IMG/VR virus record: IMGVR_UViG_3300032292_000997
Span: 1-35,634 of that record
From: a virus
Lineage: Duplodnaviria > Caudoviricetes
Reading direction: 5' to 3' (one strand)
Length of the DNA stretch: 35,634 nucleotides
Shown: in pieces, positions 34,374 to 35,634 of the stretch
Layout of the letters: every line of letters begins with the position of its first letter
How positions within the stretch are numbered: the first letter of the stretch is position 1
The notes under the pieces: generated by a model
What the model was told of the DNA's origin: nothing
What the model saw: the letters and a program-made list of their open reading frames with translations, nothing else
Databases searched by the model: none
Made by a program: the position numbers and the translations under genes

Positions 34374-35634
34374 TTAAATATTACATACTCTAACAGGTGT
34401 TTGATATGTGATATTATTACCAAGTTGGCCGCTACCATTACTTCCCCAACCCCAAGCACGGCCATTTTTATCAATTGCGAGAGAAAAAAGACTTCCTGCC
34501 GCTATCTTACAAAAAGTTTTTACTGTGCCAAGCACAGATACTGGAGTAAGTTTACTGACGGTGGTATTATCACCAAGTTGGCCGCTACCATTACTTCCCC
34601 AACCCCAAGCACGGCCATTTTTATCGATTGCGAGAGAATGATTCTGACCTGCTGATATCTGACAAAAAGTTTTTACTGCACCAAGTACAGATACTGGAGT
34701 AAGTTTACTGACGGTGGTATTATCACCAAGTTGGCCGTTACTATTATTTCCCCAAGCCCACGCACGGCCATTTTTATCAATTGCGATAGAAAAAAAACTT
34801 CCTGCTGCTATCTGACAAAAAGTTTTTACTGTACCAAGTACAGATACTGGAGTGCGTTGACTGATGATGGTATTATTACCAAGTTGGCCGCTACTATTAC
34901 TTCCCCAAGCCCAAGCACGGCCATTTTTATCGATTGCGAGAGAATGATTCCCACCTGTTGCTATCTTACAAAAAGTTTTTACTGTGCCAAGCACAGACAC
35001 TGGAGTAAGTTTACTGACGAGGCTATTATCACCAAGTTGGCCGCTACTATTAAGTCCCCAACCCCAAGCACGGCCATTTTTATCAATTGCGAGAGAATGA
35101 GTCGCGACTGCAATTGCTGCTATCTGACAAAAAGTTTTTACTGTGCCAAGCACAGACACTGGAGTAAGTTTACTGACGAGGCTATTATCACCAAGTTGGC
35201 CGCTACTATTACTTCCCCAACCCCAAGCACGGCCATTTTTATCAATTGCGAGAGAAAAAGAACTTCCTGCTGCTATCTGACAAAAAGTTTTTATATTACC
35301 AGTTATAGAAACTGGTGTCCTTTCTTGAAAGGATCGTTGATCATCACCAAGTTGACCGGAACCATCAGCCCCCCAACCCCAAGCACGGCCATTTTTATCA
35401 ATTGCGAGAGAAAAAGAACTTCCTGCTGCTATCTGACAAAAAGTTTTTACTGCACCAAGCACAGATACTGGAGTAAGTTTACTGACGTTGGTATTATCAC
35501 CAAGTTGGCCGTTACTATTATTTCCCCAAGCCCAAGCACGGCCATTTTTATCGATTGCGAGAGAATGATTCTGACCTGTTGCTATCTTACAAAAAGTTTT
35601 TACTGTGCCAAGCACAGACACTGGAGTAAGTTTA
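34374..35634 (-). CDS. RCC1/BLIP-II beta-propeller repeat protein (5' end outside window)
   Basis: Repeated IAAG..(H/F)SLAIDKNGRAW(A/G)WG.N..GQLG; frame stays open to the window edge, so the track's start at 35621 is an internal GTG. Confidence 0.93.
   Translation of the reverse strand, partial: KLTPVSVLGTVKTFCKIATGQNHSLAIDKNGRAWAWGNNSNGQLGDNTNVSKLTPVSVLGAVKTFCQIAAGSSFSLAIDKNGRAWGWGADGSGQLGDDQRSFQERTPVSITGNIKTFCQIAAGSSFSLAIDKNGRAWGWGSNSSGQLGDNSLVSKLTPVSVLGTVKTFCQIAAIAVATHSLAIDKNGRAWGWGLNSSGQLGDNSLVSKLTPVSVLGTVKTFCKIATGGNHSLAIDKNGRAWAWGSNSSGQLGNNTIISQRTPVSVLGTVKTFCQIAAGSFFSIAIDKNGRAWAWGNNSNGQLGDNTTVSKLTPVSVLGAVKTFCQISAGQNHSLAIDKNGRAWGWGSNGSGQLGDNTTVSKLTPVSVLGTVKTFCKIAAGSLFSLAIDKNGRAWGWGSNGSGQLGNNITYQTPVRVCNI
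34390..35634. repeat. Tandem coding repeat, at least 8 near-identical units of 153-159 bp
   Basis: Anchor gcacggccatttttatc at 34456, 34609, 34762, 34915, 35068, 35227, 35383, 35536 (spacings 153,153,153,153,159,156,153). Confidence 0.95.

Larger units (their letters stand above)
1..35634. mobile_element. Tailed bacteriophage genome segment: neck, tail, tail-tip and accessory virion modules (siphovirus-like)
   Basis: Contiguous TMP, lambda-like M/L/K/I/J homologues, tail tube and fibre genes, densely packed with overlapping start/stop codons. No host housekeeping gene, integrase or sheath seen. Confidence 0.95.

Noticed and set aside
28579-34655. Short track ORFs at 28579, 28993, 29660, 32591, 34305, 34408
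   Set aside because: Shadows of the tube, adaptor, methyltransferase and RCC1 genes.
34390-35634. CRISPR array or DGR template/variable repeats
   Set aside because: Units are in-frame coding repeats without unique spacers; differences include indels and are not adenine-specific; no cas or reverse transcriptase gene in the window.
1-35634. Stop-codon reassignment
   Set aside because: Standard code gives long, tightly packed ORFs, and TAA, TGA and TAG all occur at plausible gene ends.

Overview
AT-rich fragment of a large tailed bacteriophage genome covering virion morphogenesis. No sheath gene is visible, so the tail is probably long and non-contractile with a lambda-like tip. Minus strand (26151 to <1): two putative tail chaperones, a 2891-aa tape measure protein (TMP), two tail-tube paralogues, a tandem-duplicated gpM-like protein, two accessory tip proteins, gpL-, gpK-, gpI- and gpJ-like genes, and a fibre ORF missing from the ORF track that runs off the window in a proline-free Gly-Ser-Ser collagen-like tract. 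Plus strand (26208-29422): three neck/head-tail genes, the major tail tube and a terminator. Right-hand minus-strand block: RCC1-repeat protein, GT8+GT9-like fused glycosyltransferase, SAM methyltransferase, two LamG-like paralogues, an Ig-domain protein and a possible adaptor. Most notable: the TMP carries an internal array of cassettes delimited by a repeated G(F/Y)(I/V)PNF(A/Y) peptide, including a staphylococcal-nuclease-like domain and a probable PD-(D/E)xK nuclease, suggesting a TMP-borne injected effector polyprotein. Also notable are a GTGTAA motif usually 8-9 nt before start codons, and [S/T]-G dipeptide enrichment in virion proteins near the glycosylation genes. All family calls come from recognising motifs by eye; no searches were run.
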